Source: a virus (lineage: Duplodnaviria > Caudoviricetes). From it: DNA of 48,137 nt. The position numbers and the translations under genes were made by a program. Where the stretch lies: the IMG/VR virus record IMGVR_UViG_3300011438_000004, positions 1-48,137 of that record. The stretch is one strand, 5' to 3'. Each line of letters opens with the position of its first letter. Within the stretch, counting starts at the first letter, position 1. This document shows, in pieces, positions 1 to 10,338 of the stretch. Under the pieces are notes generated by a model. That model saw only the letters and a list, made by a program, of their open reading frames with translations. It made no database searches and was not told the origin of the DNA.

Positions 1-123
1 AAGCAAGGGTTTAGGGAGGCGGCTGCACTTACAGGTGCGCAAGACGCAGCTATCGCGCAAGGAACCGGCGCCGCCAATTCATTGTTAACCAATGCGAGTC
101 CGTTGGCCAATCTTGATTGGGCT
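1..123 (+). repeat. Terminal direct repeat (1-123 = 48015-48137); circular assembly overlap
   Basis: The first 123 nt are identical to the last 123 nt, and an ORF reads in frame across the junction. Confidence 0.97.
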
Positions 124-597
124 AGGTTAATGGCGCCAAAGGCTACGTCATCTACTGCGGGCGGAACTGCTAATACACTCACCAATCAACTCACAAAAAG
201 CAATGACATCACTAGCGGAGTTCAACAAGGAACGACCAACTCTACTGGATCGAATTCAGGTTTCGGCATTACGCTATGCTGCTTCATCTTTCTGGAAGCC
301 TACTCAGGTAAGTTGCCTTGGTTTGTGCGCCGCTGCCGCGATGAGTTTGCTAGTGGACCGCGAGTCGCTGGGTATCGTTGCATGGCTGCTAAGCTTGTGC
401 CATTAATGAGAAAGAGTAAACTAGTTTTATGGCTGGTTAAGAAACTCATGACTGAGCCACTGACTAAGTGGGGAGGTTGGCTGTATATCGAACCTGGATA
501 TAAACTTGGGTTTATTTACTTTCCAATAGTCTTGTTCTGGTTTGGTCTATGGGCCGCGATCGGACGTAAATTGAATACTTCTTATGCAATCTCCTAG
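1..597 (+). CDS. 3' part of a ~315-aa putative ejection/internal virion protein (starts at 47664) with a C-terminal CFI-box-CTERM-like domain
   Basis: Frame 1 is open from base 1 and in frame with ATG 47664. S/T/G-rich body, then CCFIFLEAY..VRRCRDE..GYR..LVPLMRKS and a hydrophobic tail. It follows the tail genes. Confidence 0.75.
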   Translation, partial: KQGFREAAALTGAQDAAIAQGTGAANSLLTNASPLANLDWARLMAPKATSSTAGGTANTLTNQLTKSNDITSGVQQGTTNSTGSNSGFGITLCCFIFLEAYSGKLPWFVRRCRDEFASGPRVAGYRCMAAKLVPLMRKSKLVLWLVKKLMTEPLTKWGGWLYIEPGYKLGFIYFPIVLFWFGLWAAIGRKLNTSYAIS

Positions 598-1747
598 TGC
601 TGCTGGGTTTTTACCCAATAAGTCGGTTATTGACGAACTGTCGACGTTATTTAATACGTTTGGCAAAGACGCACGTCTTCAGCGCGAGGCGCAGAGGAAG
701 TTGATGGGCGCACAGACTGGAAATTTGGAGTCAGAAACTGCGTTTCGTCCTGATGTAAGTGCTCGTGATTGGGCCGGACAAGATCTTCAGCGTCAGGGAC
801 TAGACTTTTCTCGCGAGAAGTTAGCGTCAGATGAATCACGAGACTGGGCTAACTATGGAGTCAATGCTGACGAAGTCGCAGTGCGTAAGCAAGCTCTACA
901 ACAGAACCAAACCCAACATTCAGATGAAGCACTACTCAAGCTCCTCAACGAAATCTCAATGTCGCCCAACGTGGACCCTTCTGTTCGCGATTCGGTCCTC
1001 GTTTCGGTTCTGGAGAAGTTTGCGCCACAAGCGGCAGCAGCGCTTAAGGCGCAAACAGAACAAACGAATCAGATTCGTCAGTCCGTGTTAGATAGGACAG
1101 GCGCAGGAAAGGAGAAGTCTAGCTCAGGTGGAGGGATATTGTCTGAGCTTTCTGGCATCAACGATCTGAAGAGAGTCGGTTCTGCATTAAAGAATCCTGC
1201 GTCTGGAATGTTGAAAGGGGTTGGCGAAAGCATTGCAAACGCTCCCGGAGAAGGTCTAATCGACAAAGCGTTTCAATTCTTTGCTCCGTCAATGGGAAGG
1301 AAATCGGCACCGGCTCAAGGCTCTAGCACAGAAAAACAAACTCCTTTATCGTTAGGTTCGACTCCATCATCTAATCCTAACGACATTCTTCGAGGCCCTA
1401 CAACAATCTTTGGCCACAACCTCGATGGATCACCTGATACTCAAGATAATGGAATCGGGGCGTTCGGAGCAAATACTCGCGATCCTAATGTCGAAGGAGT
1501 ATCACTTCCGTTCGAGACGCTTGATCAATTCTTTGGTTCTCATCGAAACGCGAACGCAATTAAAAATGCCAAAGTTTGGGTCCAAAATCCAAAAACCGGA
1601 CAAACCGGCACGTTCCCCATTCTCGACAAAGGTCCAGCTAAATGGACCGGAAATGCCTTAGACCTCACTGGCGCTGCCGGTAGAAAGCTAGGCTCCACCG
1701 GAAAAGACGAAATGCTCTTCCGTATTCTTAACTCACTCCCGCAATGA
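584..1747 (+). CDS. Putative ejection protein with a C-terminal RlpA-like double-psi beta-barrel (lytic transglycosylase-like) domain
   Basis: C-terminus VWVQNPKTG..FPILDKGP..GNALDLTGAAGRKLG matches the RlpA/DPBB pattern V.V.N..NG...V.I.DRGP...R.IDLS.AAA..LG. Confidence 0.7.
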   Translation: MQSPSAAGFLPNKSVIDELSTLFNTFGKDARLQREAQRKLMGAQTGNLESETAFRPDVSARDWAGQDLQRQGLDFSREKLASDESRDWANYGVNADEVAVRKQALQQNQTQHSDEALLKLLNEISMSPNVDPSVRDSVLVSVLEKFAPQAAAALKAQTEQTNQIRQSVLDRTGAGKEKSSSGGGILSELSGINDLKRVGSALKNPASGMLKGVGESIANAPGEGLIDKAFQFFAPSMGRKSAPAQGSSTEKQTPLSLGSTPSSNPNDILRGPTTIFGHNLDGSPDTQDNGIGAFGANTRDPNVEGVSLPFETLDQFFGSHRNANAIKNAKVWVQNPKTGQTGTFPILDKGPAKWTGNALDLTGAAGRKLGSTGKDEMLFRILNSLPQ

Positions 1748-2193
1748 CTGGATTAGTCTCAGGTTTATCATCTGGCCTAGGCACTTCTCTTGGCACTACT
1801 GCTGCTGGATCAGCCGCAGGTCAAGCCGCTGCTACAACCGCCGCTGGAACTGCTGGAGGTCAACTTGGCTCTGCAATCGGTTCTGCTGCTGGAGGAGCCA
1901 TGAATTCTGGTATGGCTGGAGACGCTATACGAATGTTCGACACTGGAACTCCAGGTATGGCTCCTGCTGGTGGAACCAACGCAGCTATGCAAGGTGCCGC
2001 CGGTAACACTAAAGGTGGTTGGCTTGGAACTGGACTATTCGGTAACGACCAATATAACCCCAATCCTTCGTCTTACCAACCTTCAACTGGATCAGGCGCC
2101 TCGCAAGCCGCTATGCCTAAAACTGGCGCAGCTAATCAAATTCCGTTAGCTCTCATGCTTCTAAATCAACTTCCCACTCAAACCTACGTATGA
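1744..2193 (+). CDS. Gly/Ala-rich small internal virion (ejection) protein
   Basis: 149 aa, low-complexity G/A/S; ATGA-coupled to both neighbours in the ejection-protein cluster. Confidence 0.55.
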   Translation: MTGLVSGLSSGLGTSLGTTAAGSAAGQAAATTAAGTAGGQLGSAIGSAAGGAMNSGMAGDAIRMFDTGTPGMAPAGGTNAAMQGAAGNTKGGWLGTGLFGNDQYNPNPSSYQPSTGSGASQAAMPKTGAANQIPLALMLLNQLPTQTYV

Positions 2194-5100
2194 CGCCTCA
2201 GGAAATTATGGGAAGTTTGCCTAAACTTCCTTACCGAAAAGTCCTTGAGATGTATGACGAGGACAAGAACAAGACTCTGTTCTCCAACATGACGTTGCCT
2301 GAATACTCGCAACGTATGAACGCGCTCACCAAGTCAGAGATGTTTGCTGAAGGCGCCAAAGACTCTTGGATCAAAGGACTAAGTGCGCGCATCGACCAAG
2401 GCCTCGACTGGACTGGAGCACCCGAAGCCGCAGGATCAGTATTTGGCGCTATTGGTGAACCTCTTGGACTAGGACCAGAATTCACTTCCGCGGGCGAAGG
2501 GTTTCCGAGAGCGGCAGTAAATCTAGCGCCACTACTAATAGCTGCGCCTTTCACTGGCGGAGCTTCTCTTGGTCCTGCTGCTGCGGGTTTGGGAGGTTCA
2601 GCCCTTCTCGCTGGTTCTCAAGCTTATGAAAATACTGGTTCTGCTGGCCAGGGTCTATTCACTGGGGCTCTTACTGCTGCTATGCCTGGTGTGGCTCGCA
2701 TTGGAGGTCAAATGGCCTTACGCAAAGTTGGCGCTACGCTTGCGGACGAAGCTGGAAGACTTATTGGCGAAACCGGAGGACAGCGAGCGGCGCAGTATTT
2801 AGGAACTCAAGGAGCGGCATTAGGTCTTCAAGAAGCTGGGCATCAAGCTAGCTCAATTGCGTCTGGTCAAGGAGTTGACACTTCATCTAGTCATTTGGTT
2901 CAAAACGTTATCAGTCAACTACCCTTTCTTCCATTCGATCTACCAGAAGCTATTCGTGGTCCCAATCCAGCACTCGTTGCACAGATTCGAGCCGCGTCAG
3001 CAGCCAAACGAACTGAAGCGTTTAACGCTAGTTTAGCGCGTCAACAAGCGAGCAAGACTACTCCCGAGATTCTGGAACTAGCCTATCCCGAAGGCCGAGT
3101 TCCCGGCAACGACAACTTCGTTCTAGGTCGAGGAACTGATCCTACCTATGAAGGCTATCGCAAGTTAGACGTCGAAGAACCTTCTCCAGAGCACACACTT
3201 CTCGGCTATACTCTTCCAGAGTTGAGGCAATCTACTAGCGCCAACCGACCAGCGATTGAGAAACGTGTTGTCGGCGGTGAAGAGTTCAGAGGAACAAGAG
3301 AGAACTTTGACGTGTTTGATAAGTTTTTGGACTCAAGTCGTAGGTTTATCACACCTGAGATTTTAGAGAGTCAGATTAAACCTGCGTTAGCAGAACCCGA
3401 TCCAAATGTCGCTGTGCCTCAAATCAAGTTGTTGTATGATAAGACACTAAAACCCGAGCATGGAGTGCAGGACGTGGCGCTGGATCGTTTGAACGATGTC
3501 GAGATGCAGAAGAGCGTGGCAGAGAAGGTTCAAGATGGAGCTACGTTGGAAGAAGCAGTGGACAAGACTGCTCAAGCTGTGAAGAATGCGGCAGAGAGCG
3601 CAGTTGAAACTAAGGTTCAGCAGTTTGGCGCGAATAACAAGATTTTTACAAAGGAGGCTGTGGAAGCCGCGAGGGCCGCACGCAAGGCTAGAAGAGGTAA
3701 TGTGAACATGTTGGTTGATCCAAGCATTTTACACGAAATGTTTTTGGAAGCTGGGTATGTAGCCGAGGGATTGGCTCGTGCAGGAGCACTGAAAATTCAT
3801 GACTGGGCAGCGCAGACTAAGGAAATGCTCAAGCGAGAGTTTGACTTTGAGGCAGATGATAATACTCTTAGAAAGTTATGGTTTCAGGTTCGAGATTCAC
3901 TGAACATGAAAGAGGATGCGGAGTCTGGTAAGGTTATTACCAAAAGGCGCGAAGGTTTGATTGCGGCTACAGAAAAAATGAGTCATATTGATGACGAATA
4001 CAATGTGCTGCCTTATGAAGTTAGACAGTCGACTAAAAGTCCACTTACCCAAATAACTAAATGGCGCAATGATATTCTGTATAATAGCGCTAATGAGAAA
4101 TACAGTAAGTTTGCGGAGATTGACGATGCTTTGTTAAGGTCAATGGGAAATTTGACTTACAAAGGCGGTCAGTGGGTAGGTCCTAATGGAGAAGTGTTTA
4201 ATGAAAATCAAGTTAGGCGCTATATGCGAACCTCGGCTGAGAATGCTTACAAAGCTGCGATTAAGAAACAATCTGGAGGGGAGGAAATTGAGTATAATGA
4301 GTCTGTGGGTAAAGAGGGACAAGTAGTCAAAACTCCAATCGAACTAAAATCTCTTAATGAGGCGCGGCAAAAGGCCGACGCTATGCAACGGGAAGTTGGT
4401 CAAAATCAGGACTTTAGTTATGAAGGAGTAGAACGTCAAGGTAAGTTTGTTGTAGTTAAGAAATACAACAAACTTAAGACAATGAACGAAGGATTTGCTA
4501 GTCGTCCTGATCAACGTCAGGAAGATTATGTCCCTCCTGATATAACTGAACTTCAAGACGAAGGTGATGCTCCAGTGTTAATGGACGAGAATGGTGAAGT
4601 GTTTGATCCTTTGGAGATACTTTCTAGTGAAGTGGATAGTGTGCGTTCTTCTGGAACAGACCAAGCTGCGGTAGATACCTTTTCTCAGCACGCGGTTGAC
4701 ACAATTCAAAACATAGCTGAGCGTCTAGTTCTAGACGATCCTATTGCATTGAGTCTGGGATTCCGAAAAACTGAAAGTTTAATTCCTAGAGCTAGAGTTC
4801 TTTTGGATTATATACTAGATCGTAGATTTGGTCAGGGAAACATTAAGGCCGAGATTGACTATAATGATTTCTTGAACTTGGCAAATGACGTCCTACCAGA
4901 CGAGGCTCAGTTCAAAGGAACAGATAAACTAACTCCCGCAAAAGAAGCTAGTAATTGGGTTACTACAGGCCGAGAATTTCTTAAACTTTGGCTTCAAAAA
5001 CAACCAGAACTAGCTGAGCTTTATGAGTCGACGAAAAAAGAAGCGCGCTCGGTTGGAATGGGACCAACAGTGTCCTCTGCTATGGCACAACGTGAAGGGC

Positions 5101-8100
5101 AGATTAGGTTGGACGCCATCGGAGAAGCAGCTAGAACTGGTCTGGGATCGACGTCGATTACGGGATTGACAGAAATGCCAAAGGGACGTAGCTTTTTGAT
5201 GTCCACAATGGAGTATGCGAGAAAGTATTTCTCTCGTCGTGGGTATAAACCTGCAGAACAACAGGCTCACGCTGACGCGGTAGAGAATTTTGTTCGGGTA
5301 GCTGCAGTGTTTCCTCAAGCAGCGAAGGCGGAGACCGTGATGGCTCAAGCACTTGAAGGAAACGCGATCGGAGTGTTGCTTAATTATCAGTTCGAGAATG
5401 CGTGGAAACCAGTTGTTGGTTTACTTCCTAAAAACCTTGGTGGTGCTCAGACCGAAGCATTAGCTGGTATGGTTCTTGGTCATGAAGCATGGCACGTGGT
5501 GTCTTCGGCAGCTACAAGAGGTGAGCTTTCTCCACACGAAGCTTATACGGTTAAGCAAGCCGCTGACACTGCTGACGCAATGACAGAAGCCGATCGTTGG
5601 GCTGTTCTACGTTCTTCTGCACTTAGCACTTTGCCTCCTGAGGTTCAAGCAAACTTGGCACGAGACCCAATCGCTAGGCAACAGTTCGAGGGAATGCTAA
5701 AATACTCAGCTACTGACTCGAATGAGTTTCTTAGCACTATGGCTTCGATGTATGCTATGGGAGCAGCGCATAAGTCTACTTCGAAAGAAGGTATTCGTGG
5801 TGAGCTGTTGTATGGCGATGGAGCGTTTAGTCGACTAATGCTAACAGTTGCGCGTAAAGCCAAGGAGATAGGTTCTGCCATTAGAGGATTGTTCTTTGGG
5901 CAAAACAAACTTGTTGAAGATCGAGGACTGACACAACGTGAGGCTGATATGGTGGGTAATCTAAATCAAAGGTTTGCTTCTATAGCGGCGACTGGCAAAG
6001 AAATAGAAACCGCAGTTAAGCAACTTCGGTTTCTCGACGCTACTTCACCTAAGCACTTAATGGGAGCGGACAAAGGTGGATTTACTCCCTCGCTAAAAGA
6101 TGTCAAAACCGGAGATCGTGTATTGGACTCTACAATCGAGCCGTTATACATGAAAATCTTGCCAAAAGGTGACGAAACCGAGATTGGTAAGGTTGAATCA
6201 TGGTGGACAGATTTCTTACAATTAGCTGAAATGCATCCAGTGCTACAACCAATTGCTAGTGAACTCGTTGCTTATAGGTCCTCTGCCTCTCGTGGAGCTA
6301 ATGACGCAATTTCGCCTTTCTTTGAACGTGACTACGTTAATGGAGTGGTACGCATCAAAGGACCGTCTAAGTCGCTTCAGCAACTTAGTAAATCTGACAC
6401 CATGCGTAAGGCACTAAGTGATCAGGTTTTGACTGAGCAGACTTTGGGCAGGTTACTGACTCCTGAAGAGGCTAATTCATTCTACGCCAAACACGGAGTT
6501 ACTGGCGAACAGATAGCTCACCTACAAGAAGTTCGTTCGGCCATAGCAAGCTCGAACAAGATCGTAGCAGAGCAACTCAAACGCTATGGGCGACAGCAGA
6601 TTGTTCATGCTTCAGCTAGGTTAATGATGGCCGGTGGAGCTACGTCCTACCGTCCAGCGATTGACGCTTCTGAAAGACTGGTTACTGTTCTAGAAATGAC
6701 TAGCGGTAAAATTCCCTTACCTCCAGGAGTTGATCCAACTTTGCTTATACAATCAATATCAACAGAGTTCGGTATCCCTCCTGAGAAAGTTGCCACTACC
6801 TCAGCCGCTGTGACTGATCTGATTACAAAGTCTCAGACTATGGCAGCACGTCTGGACTCCCAACCACATTTCGTATCCGAGCAACGATTTGGTCGATACT
6901 CCGCATCCTACACTATTAAAGGAGAAAAACTTGCGGGTCGAGTTAGTGCTGATTCCAGAACAGAACTTGAATCTAAGATTGAACAAGTTCGTCGTGATCC
7001 TAATGTCGAAAACATTCAGCGTTACGATAATTCAGAAAGTAGTCTATTTGGCTTGAACCCCGACATCGTAAGAGCGTTCAAAGAAATCGGCGAACTAGCT
7101 GTTCAACGTGCTGATCCAACTGGAGCGTCTAAGCCAGCGTTTGAAGCATTCGACACTGCAATAGAAAAGGAACTATCTGCGCGTGGATTGAACAAATATC
7201 TTCAACATCGCAAGTTTGCTCCGGGGCGCGAACATTTGGACATGCTAGAAAACGGTATTCGTTACATCTCGACTGTGCCATACGCACTCACCAAAGGCTG
7301 GCTACGTGATAGAGCTTCGGTCGCTCTTCTTGATCCTACGTTTCAGGCCAATCCAAGTGCGGGTGTAGTAGCGCGTCAACAAATAGACAACGTTCTAGCA
7401 GGCACTTCACACTGGGCTAACAAAGTCCGAGAATGGTCGTTCTTGTATTTTCCCGCGGCGAACCTAAGCTCAGCAATGATCGAGGTCAGTCAGCCTTTGA
7501 CTGCACTTCCTGCGCAACTCACTCACGGAGGACTTTCAATTGCTAGTGGCTATAAGCTTTTGTTCGACGCTTACAAGCAAGTTGCACAAGCTTATTCAGG
7601 AGGTAAAAAATATGCTGATCCGTTTATTGATTCAATGGTATATCGTCTCGAACGTGATGGTCTGCTTGAGGCGCAAACCACAGGATACTTCTTTGACTAC
7701 GCTGACCTAAATGCGCTCAACATCTCTCGCGCTAAGGACGGTAAAGTTACTCCTTTAGGTATGGCAGAGGCAGCTAGTGGCAAAGTTAGTCACATAGCCA
7801 GTCTAATGCGTATGGTCTACGGCGCAGCGACTGGAGTATCATCCCGTGTCACAGCAGTCACTGCCGCGCTTCGAGCTAAGCAACTAATAGCCGAAGGTAA
7901 GTTAACTGAACCCGACTCGTATGCATACGTCACTAAGCTGCTGACTCTAACCGCCCCCGGAACAGGAGGATCAATCGCACGTCCCGCCGGATTTTACTCA
8001 GGCAAATGGATTAACCGTAGCGCTGCCGCTGCAATTGGGTCTCTCCAAGGGTTTACGGTCACCATGACCTCGATGATGTATCGTATGGCAAAGGACGCAG

Positions 8101-9161
8101 TTCGTAGCGGCTCGATTACTAGCGCGCATTCAAAAGCGTTTGCTCAGCTCGTCGGAACTCAGCTTCTTGCTGCGGGAGTTCTTGGCCTACCTGCTGTAGG
8201 AACCGCAATGGCAGTGGCAAACCAAATGTATCCTGGACTCAATGGAGATATTCGCAAAGGTCTTGCAGGTCTCTTTGGTGAAGACCTAGAGAACGGAGGT
8301 CCAATGGCTGACGCAGCAATGCGCGGTATTCCAAGTCGCATGACTGGTATTGACCTTTCTTCTCGTCTATCTCTTTCCAACATGTTAGGTATTTCCAGCT
8401 ACGATGGGGCGCACGTCTCTAATCTCTTTGGCGCACCCGGAGCTATCATTGGCAACCTATACAATGCTGGGGAAGCCGCACTCGAAGGAAACTTTGGTAA
8501 AGCCGCTGAACAAGCCTCTCCCGCTCCACTTAAAAACATACTCAAGTTGTATCGTAACGACGGCGAAGTTCGCGACTCAACTGGAAATCTCAAATACAGT
8601 CCTAATACGGCTGAGCGTGTTGCTATGTCTATTGGGTTCACTCCGAAACGCGTGGCCGATATGCGTGAATTCGAGCAAACCTCACGACAACAAGACGAAC
8701 GCACACGTAACGAACTCTCTCGATTCTATACCGACGTAGCCGAACTAATTGTTCGTAAAGACTTTGCAGCCGCACGCCAAATGCTAATCGGGCGCGAACG
8801 TGAATCTCCTTCTGAGTTCTCTGCTGCCGAAGGTCTTAAGGCTGCTGTTGAGAAAGCACAGAACATGACTCTTCCTGAAGACCCTCGTCGCGGAGGCTCT
8901 CGTCTAACTTCCACCGATCGCGAAGATCTACTCAAAACCTACGGAATCCAGGGTCCAGCTCCATCTGAAATGCAGCGTCTTCAACAAAAGCAGACAACCC
9001 TAGCCGCTTTTGGTCTTGGTGGCGGACTCGACAAATCAGCAGTCATGCGCGCTGTTCTTATTGACCAAATTATGGCAAAAGACCAAAACATCACTCGCGC
9101 TCGCGCTATTCAGCAAGTCGATAAAATGTTACGGCGGTCACCTCAGCCAACCTTGCAATAG
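2190..9161 (+). CDS. Large (2323 aa) internal virion/ejection polyvalent protein with a zincin-like HExxH motif and a PLxRFG-like C-terminal region
   Basis: LGHEAWH at ~5481-5495; FVSEQRFGRY at ~6870-6899; C-terminal AGVLGLP..GIDLSSRL..GFTP pattern typical of large podophage ejection proteins. Confidence 0.75.
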   Translation: MTPQEIMGSLPKLPYRKVLEMYDEDKNKTLFSNMTLPEYSQRMNALTKSEMFAEGAKDSWIKGLSARIDQGLDWTGAPEAAGSVFGAIGEPLGLGPEFTSAGEGFPRAAVNLAPLLIAAPFTGGASLGPAAAGLGGSALLAGSQAYENTGSAGQGLFTGALTAAMPGVARIGGQMALRKVGATLADEAGRLIGETGGQRAAQYLGTQGAALGLQEAGHQASSIASGQGVDTSSSHLVQNVISQLPFLPFDLPEAIRGPNPALVAQIRAASAAKRTEAFNASLARQQASKTTPEILELAYPEGRVPGNDNFVLGRGTDPTYEGYRKLDVEEPSPEHTLLGYTLPELRQSTSANRPAIEKRVVGGEEFRGTRENFDVFDKFLDSSRRFITPEILESQIKPALAEPDPNVAVPQIKLLYDKTLKPEHGVQDVALDRLNDVEMQKSVAEKVQDGATLEEAVDKTAQAVKNAAESAVETKVQQFGANNKIFTKEAVEAARAARKARRGNVNMLVDPSILHEMFLEAGYVAEGLARAGALKIHDWAAQTKEMLKREFDFEADDNTLRKLWFQVRDSLNMKEDAESGKVITKRREGLIAATEKMSHIDDEYNVLPYEVRQSTKSPLTQITKWRNDILYNSANEKYSKFAEIDDALLRSMGNLTYKGGQWVGPNGEVFNENQVRRYMRTSAENAYKAAIKKQSGGEEIEYNESVGKEGQVVKTPIELKSLNEARQKADAMQREVGQNQDFSYEGVERQGKFVVVKKYNKLKTMNEGFASRPDQRQEDYVPPDITELQDEGDAPVLMDENGEVFDPLEILSSEVDSVRSSGTDQAAVDTFSQHAVDTIQNIAERLVLDDPIALSLGFRKTESLIPRARVLLDYILDRRFGQGNIKAEIDYNDFLNLANDVLPDEAQFKGTDKLTPAKEASNWVTTGREFLKLWLQKQPELAELYESTKKEARSVGMGPTVSSAMAQREGQIRLDAIGEAARTGLGSTSITGLTEMPKGRSFLMSTMEYARKYFSRRGYKPAEQQAHADAVENFVRVAAVFPQAAKAETVMAQALEGNAIGVLLNYQFENAWKPVVGLLPKNLGGAQTEALAGMVLGHEAWHVVSSAATRGELSPHEAYTVKQAADTADAMTEADRWAVLRSSALSTLPPEVQANLARDPIARQQFEGMLKYSATDSNEFLSTMASMYAMGAAHKSTSKEGIRGELLYGDGAFSRLMLTVARKAKEIGSAIRGLFFGQNKLVEDRGLTQREADMVGNLNQRFASIAATGKEIETAVKQLRFLDATSPKHLMGADKGGFTPSLKDVKTGDRVLDSTIEPLYMKILPKGDETEIGKVESWWTDFLQLAEMHPVLQPIASELVAYRSSASRGANDAISPFFERDYVNGVVRIKGPSKSLQQLSKSDTMRKALSDQVLTEQTLGRLLTPEEANSFYAKHGVTGEQIAHLQEVRSAIASSNKIVAEQLKRYGRQQIVHASARLMMAGGATSYRPAIDASERLVTVLEMTSGKIPLPPGVDPTLLIQSISTEFGIPPEKVATTSAAVTDLITKSQTMAARLDSQPHFVSEQRFGRYSASYTIKGEKLAGRVSADSRTELESKIEQVRRDPNVENIQRYDNSESSLFGLNPDIVRAFKEIGELAVQRADPTGASKPAFEAFDTAIEKELSARGLNKYLQHRKFAPGREHLDMLENGIRYISTVPYALTKGWLRDRASVALLDPTFQANPSAGVVARQQIDNVLAGTSHWANKVREWSFLYFPAANLSSAMIEVSQPLTALPAQLTHGGLSIASGYKLLFDAYKQVAQAYSGGKKYADPFIDSMVYRLERDGLLEAQTTGYFFDYADLNALNISRAKDGKVTPLGMAEAASGKVSHIASLMRMVYGAATGVSSRVTAVTAALRAKQLIAEGKLTEPDSYAYVTKLLTLTAPGTGGSIARPAGFYSGKWINRSAAAAIGSLQGFTVTMTSMMYRMAKDAVRSGSITSAHSKAFAQLVGTQLLAAGVLGLPAVGTAMAVANQMYPGLNGDIRKGLAGLFGEDLENGGPMADAAMRGIPSRMTGIDLSSRLSLSNMLGISSYDGAHVSNLFGAPGAIIGNLYNAGEAALEGNFGKAAEQASPAPLKNILKLYRNDGEVRDSTGNLKYSPNTAERVAMSIGFTPKRVADMREFEQTSRQQDERTRNELSRFYTDVAELIVRKDFAAARQMLIGRERESPSEFSAAEGLKAAVEKAQNMTLPEDPRRGGSRLTSTDREDLLKTYGIQGPAPSEMQRLQQKQTTLAAFGLGGGLDKSAVMRAVLIDQIMAKDQNITRARAIQQVDKMLRRSPQPTLQ
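3221..3239 (+). repeat. Dispersed motif copy 1, GTTGAGGCAA-TCTAC-TAGC (intragenic)
   Basis: One mismatch to GTTGAGGCTA-N5-TAGC; local C-rich to G-rich switch. Confidence 0.8.
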
Positions 9162-9179
9162 TTGAGGCTAATCTTTAGC
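9161..9179 (+). repeat. Dispersed motif copy 2, GTTGAGGCTA-ATCTT-TAGC
   Basis: Perfect consensus; overlaps the stop codon of the large ejection gene. Confidence 0.9.
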
Positions 9180-9190
9180 TTAAACCTTAT

Positions 9191-9838
9191 ATGATAAAAA
9201 TAATTTTTCACCCAAATTCGGTGAATGTCCACGTTGTTTGTCCGGCCAACGACAACGAGGAATTACTAATGGCCATAATAGATCAAATGAACATAACTAA
9301 AGAAGAACTAAAAGAAGCAATTCGCGCCGCTTCACAAGCAGAGCGCGAAGAAATACTTGCGGATTTTGAACGCAAGTTGCAGGAGGAGCTAGGTAAACTA
9401 GGTTACACTGAAGCTGATAAGGATGAAATTGTTGGAATTATTAGAGAGGTTTATACTCCATCTTCGGGAGAGACACTAAAAGGAGTTCGATTCGAGCGCA
9501 AGTTTAGCGCCAAAGGACTTGATCCCGAGTTTGGAGAACTTATCACTGAGAGCCGTATATATCACGATACACCACGGACAACTGCTGAGATTCAGTCATC
9601 TTTAGTTATCATGGCGTTCATCTCAGCACTGGACGCAGCAATCGCAATCGAAGCTAACAAAGGTCCGAAGATCGACATTTCGGTTAGCGGATTGACTAAT
9701 CGTGAAGAGACTATTGGAAAGTCTTGGACGTCCGTTTCTTTGGAAGCAGTTCTTCTGGCTGAGATTGCAGCGAACGAGGGTGAGCGGGGAATACTTCAAA
9801 GTTCTTTGGACGATATTAGGGCGGAAGTTCCAGTTTAA
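9191..9838 (+). CDS. Hypothetical protein (acidic, helical)
   Basis: 215-aa ORF with an A/T-rich leader; no recognisable motif. Confidence 0.6.
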   Translation: MIKIIFHPNSVNVHVVCPANDNEELLMAIIDQMNITKEELKEAIRAASQAEREEILADFERKLQEELGKLGYTEADKDEIVGIIREVYTPSSGETLKGVRFERKFSAKGLDPEFGELITESRIYHDTPRTTAEIQSSLVIMAFISALDAAIAIEANKGPKIDISVSGLTNREETIGKSWTSVSLEAVLLAEIAANEGERGILQSSLDDIRAEVPV

Positions 9839-9871
9839 TTATCAATCTTAATTAGTAAACTAAAACAACTT

Positions 9872-10264
9872 ATGTTTATTCCATTAGCTGCAACAATGCC
9901 CCGACTAACTCCAGCGGGAGAACTTATCAAAATAAATGTTACCGTTGGTAGTGGTAAGATCTATACTCGTCTTATAACTTATGTCGGAATGTCGGTGTTT
10001 GGCGGTTATAGGGAAGTTTTAGGTGCTGCACGAGATGTGACCGAATGGCCGCATGATGTAGTGCCAAAGAGACCAGATGGCACACCTGAAGTTGTCTATG
10101 TAATGGCTTGGAATCAAGCCACAGAAGCTGACGGCCAAGTGAGTGGAAGCAACGAAGTAGCGGCTAGTCACTTTGGATGGGCGTGGGATGATTCCAAAGG
10201 ATGCACTGTGCCTCGTGTAGGAGCGTTTAAACAGCAATTATTGTATAGTTACGTGCTTAATTAG
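9872..10264 (+). CDS. Hypothetical protein
   Basis: 130-aa ORF with leader AAACAACTTATG; last gene of the + block. Confidence 0.6.
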   Translation: MFIPLAATMPRLTPAGELIKINVTVGSGKIYTRLITYVGMSVFGGYREVLGAARDVTEWPHDVVPKRPDGTPEVVYVMAWNQATEADGQVSGSNEVAASHFGWAWDDSKGCTVPRVGAFKQQLLYSYVLN

Positions 10265-10281
10265 TATTTAGATCGAATACG

Positions 10282-10321
10282 AAAAGGGCCGGACAGCGAA
10301 TTAGTGCTGTCCGGCCTTATT
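10282..10321. terminator. Bidirectional intrinsic terminator between the converging gene blocks
   Basis: Stem GGCCGGACAGC (10287-97) / GCTGTCCGGCC (10306-16), flanked by AAAA and TTATT, between convergent genes. Confidence 0.85.
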
Positions 10322-10338
10322 GCGTCTTGATTAGAAAA

